Positions 19,508 to 29,276 of a stretch of 44,674 nucleotides of DNA are shown piece by piece. Every line of letters starts with the position of its first letter. Position 1 is the first letter of the stretch. Origin of the DNA: Thermodesulfovibrionales bacterium (GTDB taxonomy: Bacteria; Nitrospirota; Thermodesulfovibrionia; Thermodesulfovibrionales; UBA6898). A program made the translations under genes and the position numbers. The stretch is from NCBI GenBank assembly GCA_044450345.1, contig JBIOIY010000017.1, forward strand, positions 1-44,674, read 5' to 3'. Under the pieces are notes generated by a model. The model saw only the letters and a program-made list of their open reading frames with translations, searched no databases and was not told where the DNA came from.

Positions 19508-19624
19508 ATCCCTCGGCTCTTAGGAACGGTCAGTCCCTTATTCAGGATCATATCGACCATTATTTTTCTGTCCTGATAAAGCAGTCTTCCGGCCATTCTG
19601 CAAATATCCAATGATCGCTATGGA

Positions 19625-20182
19625 CTACTGCCACTTATCATAAGAGACGATCTCACTGAGAGGTTTTCTCGGTGGGCCATCCTTCTTTTCTTCAAGAGGA
19701 TAGCCCAAAGGGAACAACCCGGCGATGCGTATATGCGCCGGCACGCCGAGCAGGTCGCGCAGTTTCGGCTCGTCAAAGACCCCGACAAAGACAGTCCCCA
19801 GCCCGAGGGCGCGCGCAGAAAGCATAAGCGTCTGGGCCGCGATGCCGATGTCGGTCATATAATAATGCTGGTCCCATAGGACCCCCGACTTTGAGGGGTC
19901 GGCGCACGCGACGATTATGACCGGCGCCTCTGCCAAGCCTTTCTTTGCAGGGTTTGCTTTATATCCGACGGTTGAAAAGAAAGACTCGACATAGGACAGT
20001 TCGCTTATCTTTTCTCTGACTGTCCGGTCTTTCACTACGATGAAACGCCAGCATTGGAAATTTGCCCAGGACGGTGACATGCGGACCGATTCCAGAAGTA
20101 CATTCAGCTTGTCATCCTCAACAGGTTTGTCCTGAAACCTCCTGACGCTCCGTCTTGTCTTGATCGCCTCTAAAGTATCCAT
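19625..20182 (-). CDS. Nitroreductase family protein
   Basis: [31 protein letters not shown]. Confidence 0.88.
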   Translation of the reverse strand: MDTLEAIKTRRSVRRFQDKPVEDDKLNVLLESVRMSPSWANFQCWRFIVVKDRTVREKISELSYVESFFSTVGYKANPAKKGLAEAPVIIVACADPSKSGVLWDQHYYMTDIGIAAQTLMLSARALGLGTVFVGVFDEPKLRDLLGVPAHIRIAGLFPLGYPLEEKKDGPPRKPLSEIVSYDKWQ

Positions 20183-20270
20183 ATGATGTCCCCCTTTTTC
20201 CGCTCTGCCTGTAATCGATAATAACCTATTTGACTCAAATAATTCTTAACTGGCAGTGCCTTTGTTATTG

Positions 20271-20298
20271 TTGACAAAAAAGGATCTTGTGATACGGT
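20271..20298 (+). promoter_or_regulatory. Putative sigma70 promoter upstream of the DUF488 gene
   Basis: TTGACA, 16-nt spacer, TACGGT preceded by TG; GGAGGT RBS downstream. Confidence 0.4.
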
Positions 20299-20358
20299 GT
20301 AGATAGGACACTTTTAAAAAAGAGAAAAGGTTGACTGTCAAAATACGGAGGTGAGTGT

Positions 20359-20793
20359 ATGATCCGGATAAAAAGAGTATATGAGCCGTCAGCACCGGAA
20401 GACGGGAAGAGAATCTTCATAGACAGGTTATGGCCGCGGGGCATCAAAAAGGAAGACGCAAAAATCGACGAGTGGATAAAAGAAATCGCGCCGAGCACAG
20501 AGTTGCGGAAATGGTTCTCCCACGATCCCGCTAAATGGCCGGAGTTTAGAAGACGTTACAAGAGGGAATTGGGTGAAAGATCGGATCTTGTAAAACGGCT
20601 TATTGAAGAGGCGAAAAAAGGGAAGATTACCCTTCTCTTTGCGGCGAAAGATACCGAACATGCAAACGCCGCTGTTTTGAAGGAAGTTGTGGATCAGTCG
20701 ATGACCGGTGCGCAGGGGAACAAGATGAAGCAACAAAAACCCCAAAAAAGATTACGGCATTCCCGGCTAAGAATCAGAGAGCAGGAAATATAA
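20359..20793 (+). CDS. DUF488 (YeaO-like) protein
   Basis: IKRVYE, DRLWPRGIKK, IAPSTELRKWFSH, NAAVL. Confidence 0.88.
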   Translation: MIRIKRVYEPSAPEDGKRIFIDRLWPRGIKKEDAKIDEWIKEIAPSTELRKWFSHDPAKWPEFRRRYKRELGERSDLVKRLIEEAKKGKITLLFAAKDTEHANAAVLKEVVDQSMTGAQGNKMKQQKPQKRLRHSRLRIREQEI

Positions 20794-20955
20794 ATGGTGA
20801 GTGTGGTTTTGCACGTGTTGATGTAAATGTAATATGCGTGGTCATGGCACCTCCGAGCTCTGTTTCATATGTATCAGACCCGCAAAGGGTATAGAATCGT
20901 CTTTAGAAGTGTGGTAAGATTTCTACAACTAAATTATCCTGAGAGGTGTCGATAC

Positions 20956-22011
20956 ATGCCTGAAAAGACGATCGAATCATTCAGTGTCAAACGCCTTGAA
21001 ATTCTTGGTGAGACGGGAGACGCGGATGCTGCCCTTATGCCTCCACTGTCGGATGGACAGATCAGGGAACTATATGAGTTGCTGGTTATTTCCCGGACCT
21101 TCGACGGCCGCGCACTGAACCTTCAGAGGGAAGGCAGGCTCGGCACATATGCGCCGGTGCTGGGGCAGGAGGCGTCGCAGGTAGGCAGCGCCTATGCCTT
21201 CGACAAGACCGATTGGCTCTTTACCTCATTCAGGGAAATGGCCGTCTTTATGACTATCGGTTATCCGATGCATATGATTTTCCAGTACTGGGCAGGCGAC
21301 GAGCGTGGTATGAAGGTCCCGGACGACCTCAATATCTTTCCGATCTCTATCCCCGTGGGGACCCATATTCTCCATGCGGTCGGCGCGGCGATAGCGATGA
21401 AATACAAGGGCGACAAGAAGGCTTCAGGGGTATATTTCGGGGACGGCGGCACGTCCGAGGGTGATTTCCACGAGGGGATGAACTTCGCGGGCGTATTCAA
21501 AGCGCCGGTCGTTTTTATCTGTCAGAACAACCACTGGGCGATATCCGTGCCGAGGGAAAAACAGACGGCTGCGAAAAGCCTGGCCCAAAAGGCAATCGCC
21601 TACGGCTTCGAGGGGATACAGGTTGACGGCAACGATGTCTTTGCCGTTTACAAGGCGACGAAGGATGCGGTGGACAAGGCGAAAAGAGGGGAAGGCCCCA
21701 CACTGATAGAATGCGTTACCTACAGGATGGCGGACCATACGACTGCTGATGACGCCTCCAGATACAGGGCCAAAGAACTTATAGAGGCGTGGAAGCCGAA
21801 AGACCCCATATTGAGAATGAAGCTCTTTATGGAGAAGAAGGGCATATGGACGGAGACCTATCAGAAGGAGCTGGAGGAAAAGTCTAAGGCCAGGGTTGAT
21901 GAGTGGGTCAGGTTGGAGGAGTCAGTCGAACGCCCGGATCCGAAGGACATGTTCCTGTACACCTACGAAAAGCCGACCCCGCGACAGATCAGAGAGATGG
22001 GGGATTTCTGA
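20956..22011 (+). CDS. pdhA: Pyruvate/branched-chain 2-oxoacid dehydrogenase E1 alpha subunit
   Basis: TPP motif FGDGGTSEGD...QNN, YRMADHTTADD; start ATG 20956 after GAGAGG; substrate not determinable. Confidence 0.85.
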   Translation: MPEKTIESFSVKRLEILGETGDADAALMPPLSDGQIRELYELLVISRTFDGRALNLQREGRLGTYAPVLGQEASQVGSAYAFDKTDWLFTSFREMAVFMTIGYPMHMIFQYWAGDERGMKVPDDLNIFPISIPVGTHILHAVGAAIAMKYKGDKKASGVYFGDGGTSEGDFHEGMNFAGVFKAPVVFICQNNHWAISVPREKQTAAKSLAQKAIAYGFEGIQVDGNDVFAVYKATKDAVDKAKRGEGPTLIECVTYRMADHTTADDASRYRAKELIEAWKPKDPILRMKLFMEKKGIWTETYQKELEEKSKARVDEWVRLEESVERPDPKDMFLYTYEKPTPRQIREMGDF

Positions 22012-22012
22012 T

Positions 22013-22975
22013 ATGCCGAAAATGAACATGGTCCAGGCGATTAACCTTGCGCTTAAAGAAGAGATGCAGAGGGACAAGAATGTGGTGATCCTCGGGGAAG
22101 ACGTGGGCAGAGACGGGGGCGTTTTCCGGGTGACCGAAGGGCTTCTCGACTTGTACGGTGCGGAGCGGGTGATGGACACGCCCCTGGCCGAATCCGGGAT
22201 CGTCGGCACGGCCATAGGCATGGCGGCATACGGGCTGCGGCCGGTCGCCGAGATCCAATTTATGGGTTTCATCTATCCCGCGGTCGATCAGATATTCAAT
22301 CACGCCGCCAGGATACGTTCGCGCTGTCGCGGAAGGTACACCATTCCCCTCGTCGTGAGGGCACCTTATGGCGTCGGCATAAAGTCGCCGGAGCACCATT
22401 CGGAAAGTTCCGAGGCGCATTTCTGTCATATGCCGGGTATAAAAGTGGTTGTCCCTGCGACTCCGTACACCGCCAAGGGGCTGCTTATCTCATCGATCAG
22501 GGACCCGGACCCGGTGGTATTTCTCGAATCGACGAGGCTCTACAGGATGATAAAAGAAGATGTCCCGGAGGGCGAATATATCCTTCCTCTGGGGCAGGCG
22601 AGGGTTGTCCAGGAGGGCAGACAGGTCACGGTCATTTCCTGGGGCAGCATGCTTCACAGGGCGGTGCAGGCGGTGAGCGCTATTGATGCGGAGGTGATAG
22701 ACTTAATGACCCTTCTGCCCTTCGATGAGGAGACAGTATTTAAGTCCGTAAAAAAGACCGGCAGGGTCGTGATCGTGCAGGAGGCCCCGAAGACAGGCGG
22801 TTTCGGCGCCGAGATTTCGGCCTCCATTGCGGAAGATGCGATGCTGTATCTGAAAGGGCCTATTAAGAGGGTGACGGGCTATGACGTGGTATTACCTCTT
22901 CCTAAGCTGGAAGATTACTATATGCCGACGGTAAACAGGATAAGAAAAGACATCGAAGAGGTTTTGAAATATTGA
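22013..22975 (+). CDS. pdhB: 2-oxoacid dehydrogenase E1 beta subunit
   Basis: GEDVG..GGVFRVT, DTPLAE, EIQF, EHHSES. Confidence 0.87.
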   Translation: MPKMNMVQAINLALKEEMQRDKNVVILGEDVGRDGGVFRVTEGLLDLYGAERVMDTPLAESGIVGTAIGMAAYGLRPVAEIQFMGFIYPAVDQIFNHAARIRSRCRGRYTIPLVVRAPYGVGIKSPEHHSESSEAHFCHMPGIKVVVPATPYTAKGLLISSIRDPDPVVFLESTRLYRMIKEDVPEGEYILPLGQARVVQEGRQVTVISWGSMLHRAVQAVSAIDAEVIDLMTLLPFDEETVFKSVKKTGRVVIVQEAPKTGGFGAEISASIAEDAMLYLKGPIKRVTGYDVVLPLPKLEDYYMPTVNRIRKDIEEVLKY

Positions 22976-23029
22976 TCGGGGCGCCAAGTATGCAAAAGAG
23001 AAACTACGTTTGAGAAAGGGTGATAAAAA

Positions 23030-23839
23030 ATGATAAAAAATATTTGTCGATTTGAGTGGCTTGTGGTTGTTTTTCTTCTCCTGTTCCCCTTGTTGTCGCA
23101 AGCTGCGGAAACGCAGCTGGAAGAAAAATCCGCCACCGCGGTCGCGGATGAAGCGCCGACGGACGGGCCGAGTGAGGACATGCAGGAAGAAGGGGGAATC
23201 GTCGATCCCCTCGAACCCTGGAACCGCGTTATGTTCACCATTAACGACAGGCTCTATTTCTGGCTGATGAAGCCGACGACAAAGATATACAACACCTTTA
23301 TACCGGAATGGGGCCGCATCAGGGTGCGCAATGTCGTGCATAATGTAGCCACGCCTGTCCGGTTCGTCAATGCGGTACTTCAGCTGAAGTTCCATGCTGC
23401 CGTTGGCGAACTCGGCCGTTTTGTCGCAAACACCGTCGGCGGGCTCGGAGGCATGTTCGAGGTCGTCAAGGATAACCCGCAGATCGGCACAAGCGACCGG
23501 GACTTTGGGCAGACCCTCGGAAAGTACGGGATACCCGACGGCTTCTATATCATCTGGCCTTTCCTCGGTCCCTCTTCTTTCAGAGACAGCATAGGGATGG
23601 CAGGAGACGGATTTTTGACCCCTGAGAGTTATATTACTCCCTTTTGGGACTCGGTGGCTGTCCAGGCGTACGAAAAGGTAAACGATGTTTCCCTCAGGAT
23701 CGGTGATTACGAAGACTTCAAGGAATCCGCCATCGATCCTTATATCGCGATGAAGGACGCCTATTATCAGTACAGGAAAAGCAAGGTAAAGGAAGAACCT
23801 TACAGCGGTCCGCTGTTCAAAGAAAAAGACCGCCCTTAG
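23030..23839 (+). CDS. mlaA: MlaA/VacJ-family protein
   Basis: DPLEPWNR, RFVANT.GG.GG, DFGQTLG, PFLGPSSFRD, DPY. Confidence 0.88.
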   Translation: MIKNICRFEWLVVVFLLLFPLLSQAAETQLEEKSATAVADEAPTDGPSEDMQEEGGIVDPLEPWNRVMFTINDRLYFWLMKPTTKIYNTFIPEWGRIRVRNVVHNVATPVRFVNAVLQLKFHAAVGELGRFVANTVGGLGGMFEVVKDNPQIGTSDRDFGQTLGKYGIPDGFYIIWPFLGPSSFRDSIGMAGDGFLTPESYITPFWDSVAVQAYEKVNDVSLRIGDYEDFKESAIDPYIAMKDAYYQYRKSKVKEEPYSGPLFKEKDRP

Positions 23840-23899
23840 TTTAGGAGAACTCTTCGGTCACGCACTATTCATAAATTTCCTGGCTCCGGAAAGATATTT

Positions 23900-24040
23900 A
23901 GGCCGGACGGGGTGTGGGAGCGGCTTCATTTTCCGACCTGCCTGCCGGCAGGCAGGTAGTCTGATAACCTGGTTATCTGATATAAAGAGGAAAATGCCTC
24001 GGAGCGTAGCGAGAATGAGCGACGATACCCTGTCCAGTCT
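23900..24040 (+). repeat. Structured dispersed element, copy B
   Basis: Outer stem aggccggacggggtgt / ataccctgtccagtct; core GAGCGGCTT-CATTTTCC...GGAAAATG-CCTCGGAGCGTAGCGAGAATGAGCGA; nested ACCTGCCTGCCGGCAGGCAGGT and GATAACCTGGTTATC. Confidence 0.85.
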
Positions 24041-24073
24041 CTGAAAACGAAGCCTATACTAATAGTGGCCTGG

Positions 24074-24691
24074 CTACTTCGTTTCCTTAAGGGTCTTGTT
24101 CTTCAGCTTTTTGACGAGTTCTTCGTATGAAGACGAACGGATGATCTGGCTAAACTGGCTCCTGTAGTTGTTGACGAGACTTACCCCCTCTACGATGATG
24201 TCATAAGCCTCCCACTTGTCTGCCTTCTTGAATATCCTGTATTCGACCGGGATCTCGGCCTCCTGTGTCTTGACGATCTTCGTCCTGACTACCGCGTATT
24301 GGCCGGTTATCTTCTCATCCAGATATACGATCTTTTCGTTTTCATACCTCTCGATCTTCTTAATATATGTGCTTTCGAGCAGGTCAGAGAAAAGGGTGAC
24401 GAACTCTTTCCGTTCCTCCGGAGTCCTCTTGCTCCAGTTGAGGGCCAAAGAGCGTTTCGCCATTTCTTCGAAATCGAACCGCTTGTTGACGATCTCTCGT
24501 ATCTTTTTCTCCCTGAGTTCTCTGTGTTCCGGTTTTTTGAGTTCTTTGTTGTTTAAGACATCCATCACGGCGTCGACGGTCTGCCTCACCTGGTCAGTGG
24601 CCTCACCCGCAATAGCCTGCAGCGGCCTTATCGAGAGGAAGGAAAGGCAGATCAAAAGGACAACGGACAATCTTGAAATCGGACGATTCAT
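24074..24691 (-). CDS. mlaC: MlaC/Ttg2D phospholipid-binding protein
   Basis: FDFEEMAKRSL, WEAYDIIVEGVSLVNNYRSQF. Confidence 0.9.
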   Translation of the reverse strand: MNRPISRLSVVLLICLSFLSIRPLQAIAGEATDQVRQTVDAVMDVLNNKELKKPEHRELREKKIREIVNKRFDFEEMAKRSLALNWSKRTPEERKEFVTLFSDLLESTYIKKIERYENEKIVYLDEKITGQYAVVRTKIVKTQEAEIPVEYRIFKKADKWEAYDIIVEGVSLVNNYRSQFSQIIRSSSYEELVKKLKNKTLKETK

Positions 24692-24703
24692 TTGAGGTCC
24701 CTC

Positions 24704-25144
24704 CTATACCTTGCCGAAGACGTATTTAGAGATGAGCGATTCTATATCGACGGCGGATTCGGTGTCCATTATCCTTCCGCCGGCAGTGATATACTTCTCC
24801 GACGCCCCGGGGGTGACCTGCACGAATTTTTCTCCTATGAGTCCCTGCGTCTTTATCGAAGCGATAGAGTCGTCCTGCAGTGTTACGCCTTTGTTGATCT
24901 CGAGGGTCAGGAGCGCCTGATATTTATCCAGGTTGACATTCGTGACTTTCCCGATCGAGACCCCGGCGATCTCGACACTGGCCCCCGGCTTTATCCCTCC
25001 GGCCTGGTCGAATTCGGCATAGACTATGTACCCTTTACTGCCGAAGACTTCGAGGCGGCCGAGTTTTACGGAGATGTAGGCAAGCGAGAATATGCCTATG
25101 AGCAGAAAGAACCCCACCGCCGTTTCAAGATCGATCTTCTTCAT
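24704..25144 (-). CDS. mlaD: MlaD MCE-domain protein
   Basis: N-terminal TM, GASVEIAGVSIGKV, IKTQGLIGEKFV, DIESLISKY. Confidence 0.92.
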   Translation of the reverse strand: MKKIDLETAVGFFLLIGIFSLAYISVKLGRLEVFGSKGYIVYAEFDQAGGIKPGASVEIAGVSIGKVTNVNLDKYQALLTLEINKGVTLQDDSIASIKTQGLIGEKFVQVTPGASEKYITAGGRIMDTESAVDIESLISKYVFGKV

Positions 25145-25166
25145 AATTCTATCGTTGACCCCGCAA

Positions 25167-25913
25167 TTACATTACTTCTATCGGCCCTTCGAGCGATCCC
25201 GAGATGAACTGCCGCACATAAGAATTCTTAGAATTTCTGAACTCTCCCGGCGTCCCGAACTCGATTACAGTACCATTGTATAACATGGCCACTTTGTCTG
25301 CAACATCGAAAATCTCGGGGATCTCATGGCTGATGATCACCCCGGCAAATCCATACTTCTTGTGAGTGTTCACAATCAGCCGGTGTATCGAGCTCGATAT
25401 GATCGGGTCGAGCCCCGTAGTCGGCTCATCGAAGAGTACTATGGCCGGTTCTGTAATCAGGGCGCGGGCGAGGGCGACCCGCCTTTTCATGCCGCCGCTG
25501 ATTTCTGCCGGATATTTGTTGCCCATCTCTTTGAGGCCTACGTCTTCAAGCGCATGCCATACACGTTCCCTGATCTCGTCCTTATGGAGCTTTGTTTTTT
25601 CTCTCAGGGGAAAGGCTATATTAGCGTAGACTGTGAGGGAGTCAAAGAGTGCGCCTTCCTGGAAGACAACGCCGAATTTGTTGCGTATCGCGTCGAGTTC
25701 TCTTCCCCGGGCGGTCGTGATGTCCACACCTTCGATCAATATCCTTCCCTTGTCGGGTTTGATGATCCCTATAAGATGTTTCAGCAGGACACTCTTGCCG
25801 CTGCCGCTCTGTCCGACGATCGCCACCAGTTCCTTATTGCCTATCTGGAGATTGAGGCCGTTTAAGACCTTCTGTCCGTCAAATGCTTTTCTAATATCAA
25901 CAAGCTTGATCAT
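25167..25913 (-). CDS. mlaF: MlaF ABC transporter ATPase
   Basis: Walker A GQSGSGKS, ISGGM, DEPTTGLDP. Confidence 0.92.
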   Translation of the reverse strand: MIKLVDIRKAFDGQKVLNGLNLQIGNKELVAIVGQSGSGKSVLLKHLIGIIKPDKGRILIEGVDITTARGRELDAIRNKFGVVFQEGALFDSLTVYANIAFPLREKTKLHKDEIRERVWHALEDVGLKEMGNKYPAEISGGMKRRVALARALITEPAIVLFDEPTTGLDPIISSSIHRLIVNTHKKYGFAGVIISHEIPEIFDVADKVAMLYNGTVIEFGTPGEFRNSKNSYVRQFISGSLEGPIEVM

Positions 25914-25923
25914 GCGGTGGCCT

Positions 25924-26733
25924 TCAGATGAGGACGGACCCCAGAAAATAGTCCCATATAAGTATGAGCACGGAGGAAAGAACGACGGCCGATGTCGTTG
26001 ACTTGCTGACGCCTTCGGCGCCGTAGCCCGTAAAATAGCCCTTATAGCAGCAGACCCATGATACGATGACGCCGAAACTGAGCGACTTGTATAATCCTAC
26101 CCTGATGTCCTCCATGCTGACGAAATTCTCCATCTGCGAAAAATAGGTGCCGGAACTCAATCCCAGCAGATTTACTCCTACACAGTATCCACCGTAGATA
26201 CCGATGAGGTCGAAGATCGCTGTGAGCAGCGGGAAGGTGATGAGGGCGGCGATGATATTCGGCGAGATCAGATACCGTACCGGGTTCAGCGCCATTGAGC
26301 TCAGCGCGTCTATTTGTTCCGTGATCCTCATGATGCCGATCTCGGCGGTGAGTGCTGAACCCGCCCTGCCGGTGACCATGAGTGCGGAAAGAACAGGGCC
26401 AAGTTCCCTGATTATTGAAAGTGCGACTGCAGGTCCGAGCATCGCCTCGGAACCGAATTTTCTGAGTGTATAAAAGATCTGAAGCGAAAGGACCATGCCG
26501 GTGAAGGAACCCGTCAATAGGATGACGACCATCGACTTACTGCCGAAAAACCGTATCTGTCTGATGAGCACGCTGAACTTGAAGGGTGGCCTGAAGACGA
26601 TGTAGACCGCCTTCAGAAGGAAGATGAACATCTGCCCAAGTTCTTTCAGGAGGGAAAGAAACCACACGCCTATGCCGCGTATGCAGACTGTCATGTCCAC
26701 TATAGTCATATCGCGGCCGTTGCCTGCCAACAT
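25924..26733 (-). CDS. mlaE: MlaE permease
   Basis: RELGPVLSALM.GRAGSA..AEIG.MR.TEQIDAL; exact start uncertain. Confidence 0.92.
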   Translation of the reverse strand: MLAGNGRDMTIVDMTVCIRGIGVWFLSLLKELGQMFIFLLKAVYIVFRPPFKFSVLIRQIRFFGSKSMVVILLTGSFTGMVLSLQIFYTLRKFGSEAMLGPAVALSIIRELGPVLSALMVTGRAGSALTAEIGIMRITEQIDALSSMALNPVRYLISPNIIAALITFPLLTAIFDLIGIYGGYCVGVNLLGLSSGTYFSQMENFVSMEDIRVGLYKSLSFGVIVSWVCCYKGYFTGYGAEGVSKSTTSAVVLSSVLILIWDYFLGSVLI

Positions 26734-26849
26734 TTTCTCGGTTCGGAATATCCGGTCCTCACAACAATAAGTTTATTCGATTATTCTATTGCATGCAATG
26801 CCTGAGTAACGTGCCGAAGCTTGAAAAGAAACGAAAACCCTGCCGGTGT

Positions 26850-27758
26850 TTACATCTGCTCGACGGCGTATCCTTTTTCCGTGAGTAATTCGACAATGCC
26901 CTTTTTTCCCACGAGGTGTCCTGCGCCGACTATGACGAAGCAGGTGTCTTTTGAACGGAGGATTTCCTCGATCTTGGCCGTCATGCTTCGGGTTCTTGCA
27001 TAGATCAGTTTTTCATAGACCGGGGCCATCGCCCGGTCTTCGACAGCGCTTTTTGACAGCATCGACTCCAGTCCCGCAGCATCTCCGGCCTTCCATAGAC
27101 GGACCAGCCTGTCCGATTCACTGCCCAAGGTATCCAGCTCTTTTATCGTATAGACCAGGAACGCATCCTGTTCCGAATCGGAGAAATTGCTGAGAAGGTC
27201 CACCTGCTGGTCAAGACTTTCCAGCTCAATAACTCTCTTTTGGCCTGCCTTCGAGAGGAAATGCATGTCGATCCCGTATTGGGGTTCAAACCCGGATCTA
27301 AGCAGTTCGAGTGCGGTCAGTGTCAGGGCCAGAAACCAGGACTTCTCCTTCTCGAGGATTTCGCTGGGAAGACCATATTTGCCGAACTCCCTCGTAACGA
27401 GTTCGTAAGTCTGACGCGAGACATGTTTGTCGAGCGTGTCTTCGCCCGGATAAAATACGCCCTCGATGAACTTCGAGAAGTAGAGTTTGTCAGGGTCGTT
27501 CACGTTCGCCTCGACCGCCAGGACGTTCGATCTGCTGAAAGCGTCTTCTATCGCGATATTTAACGGATAAGCGTCTTTTCTCAGGTAATGGACCGAACCC
27601 AGGAGGTAGACCGTGGCGGTCTTCGACTGGACCTTCCACATGAAGTTTTTTTGAGATGCTGGTTCGGCATGCCGGGGGCTCAGAAACCCGGCAGATACGA
27701 AGACAATAAAAAAGACGGACAATAATCTCAGAATCTTATTTGTCGTGGGCGGTTTCAT
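26850..27758 (-). CDS. TraB/GumN-family protein, secreted
   Basis: YLLGSVH, GID, LES, FVIVGAGHLVG. Confidence 0.88.
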   Translation of the reverse strand: MKPPTTNKILRLLSVFFIVFVSAGFLSPRHAEPASQKNFMWKVQSKTATVYLLGSVHYLRKDAYPLNIAIEDAFSRSNVLAVEANVNDPDKLYFSKFIEGVFYPGEDTLDKHVSRQTYELVTREFGKYGLPSEILEKEKSWFLALTLTALELLRSGFEPQYGIDMHFLSKAGQKRVIELESLDQQVDLLSNFSDSEQDAFLVYTIKELDTLGSESDRLVRLWKAGDAAGLESMLSKSAVEDRAMAPVYEKLIYARTRSMTAKIEEILRSKDTCFVIVGAGHLVGKKGIVELLTEKGYAVEQM

Positions 27759-27808
27759 ATGAGCAAATTATACCACATGCCCTACGGCTCATCCGGCCTA
27801 TATTTTCA

Positions 27809-27973
27809 TGCAGGAAGAAGGGGACTGTCTTTGAGCGGCTTCAATTTCTCGTATTGCCGCCGCAGGCCAAGCGAGAAATTGCCCCGGAACTTGCCCGCCT
27901 GAGGCGGGCAAGCGACCTGCCTGCCGGCAGGCAGGGAATGAACGAAAAGATTGTTCCCTTCTCCTTATCTGCA
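27809..27973 (+). repeat. Structured dispersed element, copy C
   Basis: Outer stem agaaggggactgtcttt / aaagattgttcccttct; core GAGCGGCTTCAATTTCTCG...CGAGAAATTGCCCCGGAAC..GCGA..GAATGAACGA interrupted by CTTGCCCGCCTGAGGCGGGCAAG and CCTGCCTGCCGGCAGGCAGG. Confidence 0.85.
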
Positions 27974-27992
27974 CTGCTGCGAAGTTTGCAAA

Positions 27993-28021
27993 TTGACTGC
28001 CATGGCCCCTCGTGTTATCCT
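27993..28021 (+). promoter_or_regulatory. Putative sigma70 promoter of the E2-ACD operon
   Basis: TTGACT, 17-nt spacer ending TGT, then TATCCT; GAGGAGG RBS before ATG 28068. Confidence 0.5.
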
Positions 28022-28067
28022 TTTTAGTAAAGATTGCAGCATCTCAAACTTCTGACGAGGAGGGCCT

Positions 28068-29276
28068 ATGCCGTTTAATTTTGTGTTGCCTGACCTGGGC
28101 GAGGGAATTACCGAGGGAGAGGTAAGAAAGTGGATAGTCAAGGAAGGTGACAACGTGGAGGAACATCAGACTGTCCTTGAGATAGAGACGGACAAGGCGG
28201 TAGTAGAAGTGCCATCACCGAAAAAGGGCAGGGTGCTGAAGATAAATAAAGATGTGGGCGAGATCGCCAAGGTGGGCGAGGTCCTTATGACAATCGCTGA
28301 GGAGGGCGAGGCGGCCGAAGAAAAAAAGCCTGCTGAAGAGAAAAAGACTGAAGGGAAGAAAGAGGAAAAGGAAAAGTCGGTCTCGGTCGTAGGTGTGTTG
28401 CCTGAAGAAGAGGAAGAAACAGTGCTTGCGACGCCGGCGGTCAGGGCAGCGGCGAGGGAACTCGGCATAGACCTTTCGAAGGTGAAAGGGACGGGTCCGG
28501 GTGGAAGCATCACAAAAGAAGATCTCACCGCGGCGGCCCCGCCCAAGGAAAAAAAGGCAGAGGACGTGTTTGGTCCTGTAGAGCGGATACCGCTCAGGGG
28601 ACTCAGGAGGACGATCGCCAAGAACCTCATAGCCTCGCAAAAGACTACGGCATTCGTGACCGGCATGAACGAGGTCGACATAACGGACCTTTGGGACCTC
28701 AGGGAAAAGGAGAAAAAGTCCCTGCTCGAAAAGGGAGTCCATCTGACCTTTCTCCCCTTCTTTATCAAGGCGGTGATCCATGCGCTGGCGGAACACCCTA
28801 TGCTCAATTCCTCCATCGACGACGAGAGGGAAGAGATCATCATAAAGAAATACTATGCGATCGGGGTTGCGGTGGACACACCCGACGGCCTTATGGTCCC
28901 GGTCATAAAGAACCCGGCCGGCAAGACGATCCTCGAACTTTCGCTCGAGATCCAGGGACTGAGTGTCAAGGCTAGGGAAAGAAAAATTAAGCTCGAGGAG
29001 ATGAAGGGAGGCACCTTCACGATCACGAACTACGGCCATTTCGGCGGATATTTTGCGACTCCGATCATCAACTATCCCGAGGCCGCAATTCTGGGGACCG
29101 GCATGATTACCGAAAAGCCATGGGTAAAGAACGGAAAGATTGTCGTACGGAAGATACTCCCGCTTTCGCTCACATTCGACCACAGGGTGACCGACGGCGT
29201 CGACGCATCGAGGTTCCTTGCAAAGGTTACGAGTTATCTGGAGGACCCGGCCCTGATATTTATCGAGAGCGCATGA
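28068..29276 (+). CDS. pdhC: Dihydrolipoamide acyltransferase (E2)
   Basis: Lipoyl motif ETDKA, peripheral subunit-binding ATPAVR..GTGPGG.I, catalytic DHRVTDG. Confidence 0.88.
   Translation: MPFNFVLPDLGEGITEGEVRKWIVKEGDNVEEHQTVLEIETDKAVVEVPSPKKGRVLKINKDVGEIAKVGEVLMTIAEEGEAAEEKKPAEEKKTEGKKEEKEKSVSVVGVLPEEEEETVLATPAVRAAARELGIDLSKVKGTGPGGSITKEDLTAAAPPKEKKAEDVFGPVERIPLRGLRRTIAKNLIASQKTTAFVTGMNEVDITDLWDLREKEKKSLLEKGVHLTFLPFFIKAVIHALAEHPMLNSSIDDEREEIIIKKYYAIGVAVDTPDGLMVPVIKNPAGKTILELSLEIQGLSVKARERKIKLEEMKGGTFTITNYGHFGGYFATPIINYPEAAILGTGMITEKPWVKNGKIVVRKILPLSLTFDHRVTDGVDASRFLAKVTSYLEDPALIFIESA

Noticed and set aside
26788..26816. ATTGCATGCAAT palindrome or possible sigma54 promoter upstream of mlaE
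   Set aside because: GG/GC spacing does not fit -24/-12, and a single short palindrome is not enough to assign a regulator.
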